Origin: an uncultured Eubacteriales bacterium
GTDB lineage: Bacteria > Bacillota > Clostridia > Oscillospirales > CAG-272
DNA length: 45,745 nucleotides
NCBI GenBank assembly: GCA_902462015.1
Contig: CABPZV010000002.1
Span: forward strand, 1 to 45,745
Reading direction: 5' to 3'
The position numbers and the translations under genes are program-made. This document shows, piece by piece, positions 45,689-45,745 of this stretch. The notes below the pieces were generated by a model. That model had not been told where the DNA came from. It searched no databases and saw only the letters and a list, made by a program, of their open reading frames with translations. How positions within the stretch are numbered: the stretch's first letter is position 1; each line of letters starts with the position of its first letter.

Positions 45689-45745
45689 AAATTACCCCAC
45701 GCCGCGAACGGTCAAAAGAAAATATGAATTTTTAATTCAGATTAC

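Overview
This 45.7-kb window has Clostridia-like (anaerobic Firmicute) gene content. Nt 1-36000 is core metabolism, mostly on the + strand. It starts with the 3' end of nrdD, which carries an unusual C-terminal thioredoxin-fold fusion. Next come an oxidative-stress trio (desulfoferrodoxin, ferritin, and a 51-aa rubredoxin absent from the ORF track), gpmI, an SPFH protein (-) and a membrane-anchored phosphodiester-glycosidase-family protein. A pyrimidine operon follows (pyrC-carB-pyrK-pyrD-pyrF-pyrE-pyrB-pyrI, no carA) behind a sigma-A promoter and a terminator/antiterminator leader. After it is an 11-gene purine/one-carbon operon (purE-purC-purF-purM-purN-purO-like-purH(AICARFT only)-glyA-purD-purL-fhs) behind a promoter and a well-formed ZTP (pfl-motif) riboswitch with terminator. 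Aspartate kinase (-) and typA (+) close the core region. Nt 36007-43807 is the best candidate for something undescribed. It is a visibly more A+T-rich five-gene accessory island, entirely on the minus strand, bracketed by the typA terminator and the terminator of an amino-acid ABC operon. It encodes three diverged tandem paralogs (membrane or lipid anchor, one BspA-type LRR segment, and a conserved ~250-aa domain I cannot assign). It also encodes a leaderless papain-fold (CHAP-like) hydrolase with seven Listeria-Bacteroides-type repeats and a leaderless DNRLRE/CBM96-like protein. Nt 44065-45688 holds the ABC ATPase and permease (-). A ~170-180-nt structured GC-rich repeat occurs as two inverted copies flanking most of the pyr operon, one of them splitting pyrB from pyrI. 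Looser GC-rich hairpin inserts sit in other intra-operon gaps. No rRNA, tRNA, CRISPR array, integrase or transposase was seen. All functional calls come from reading translated motifs by eye, with no database search.
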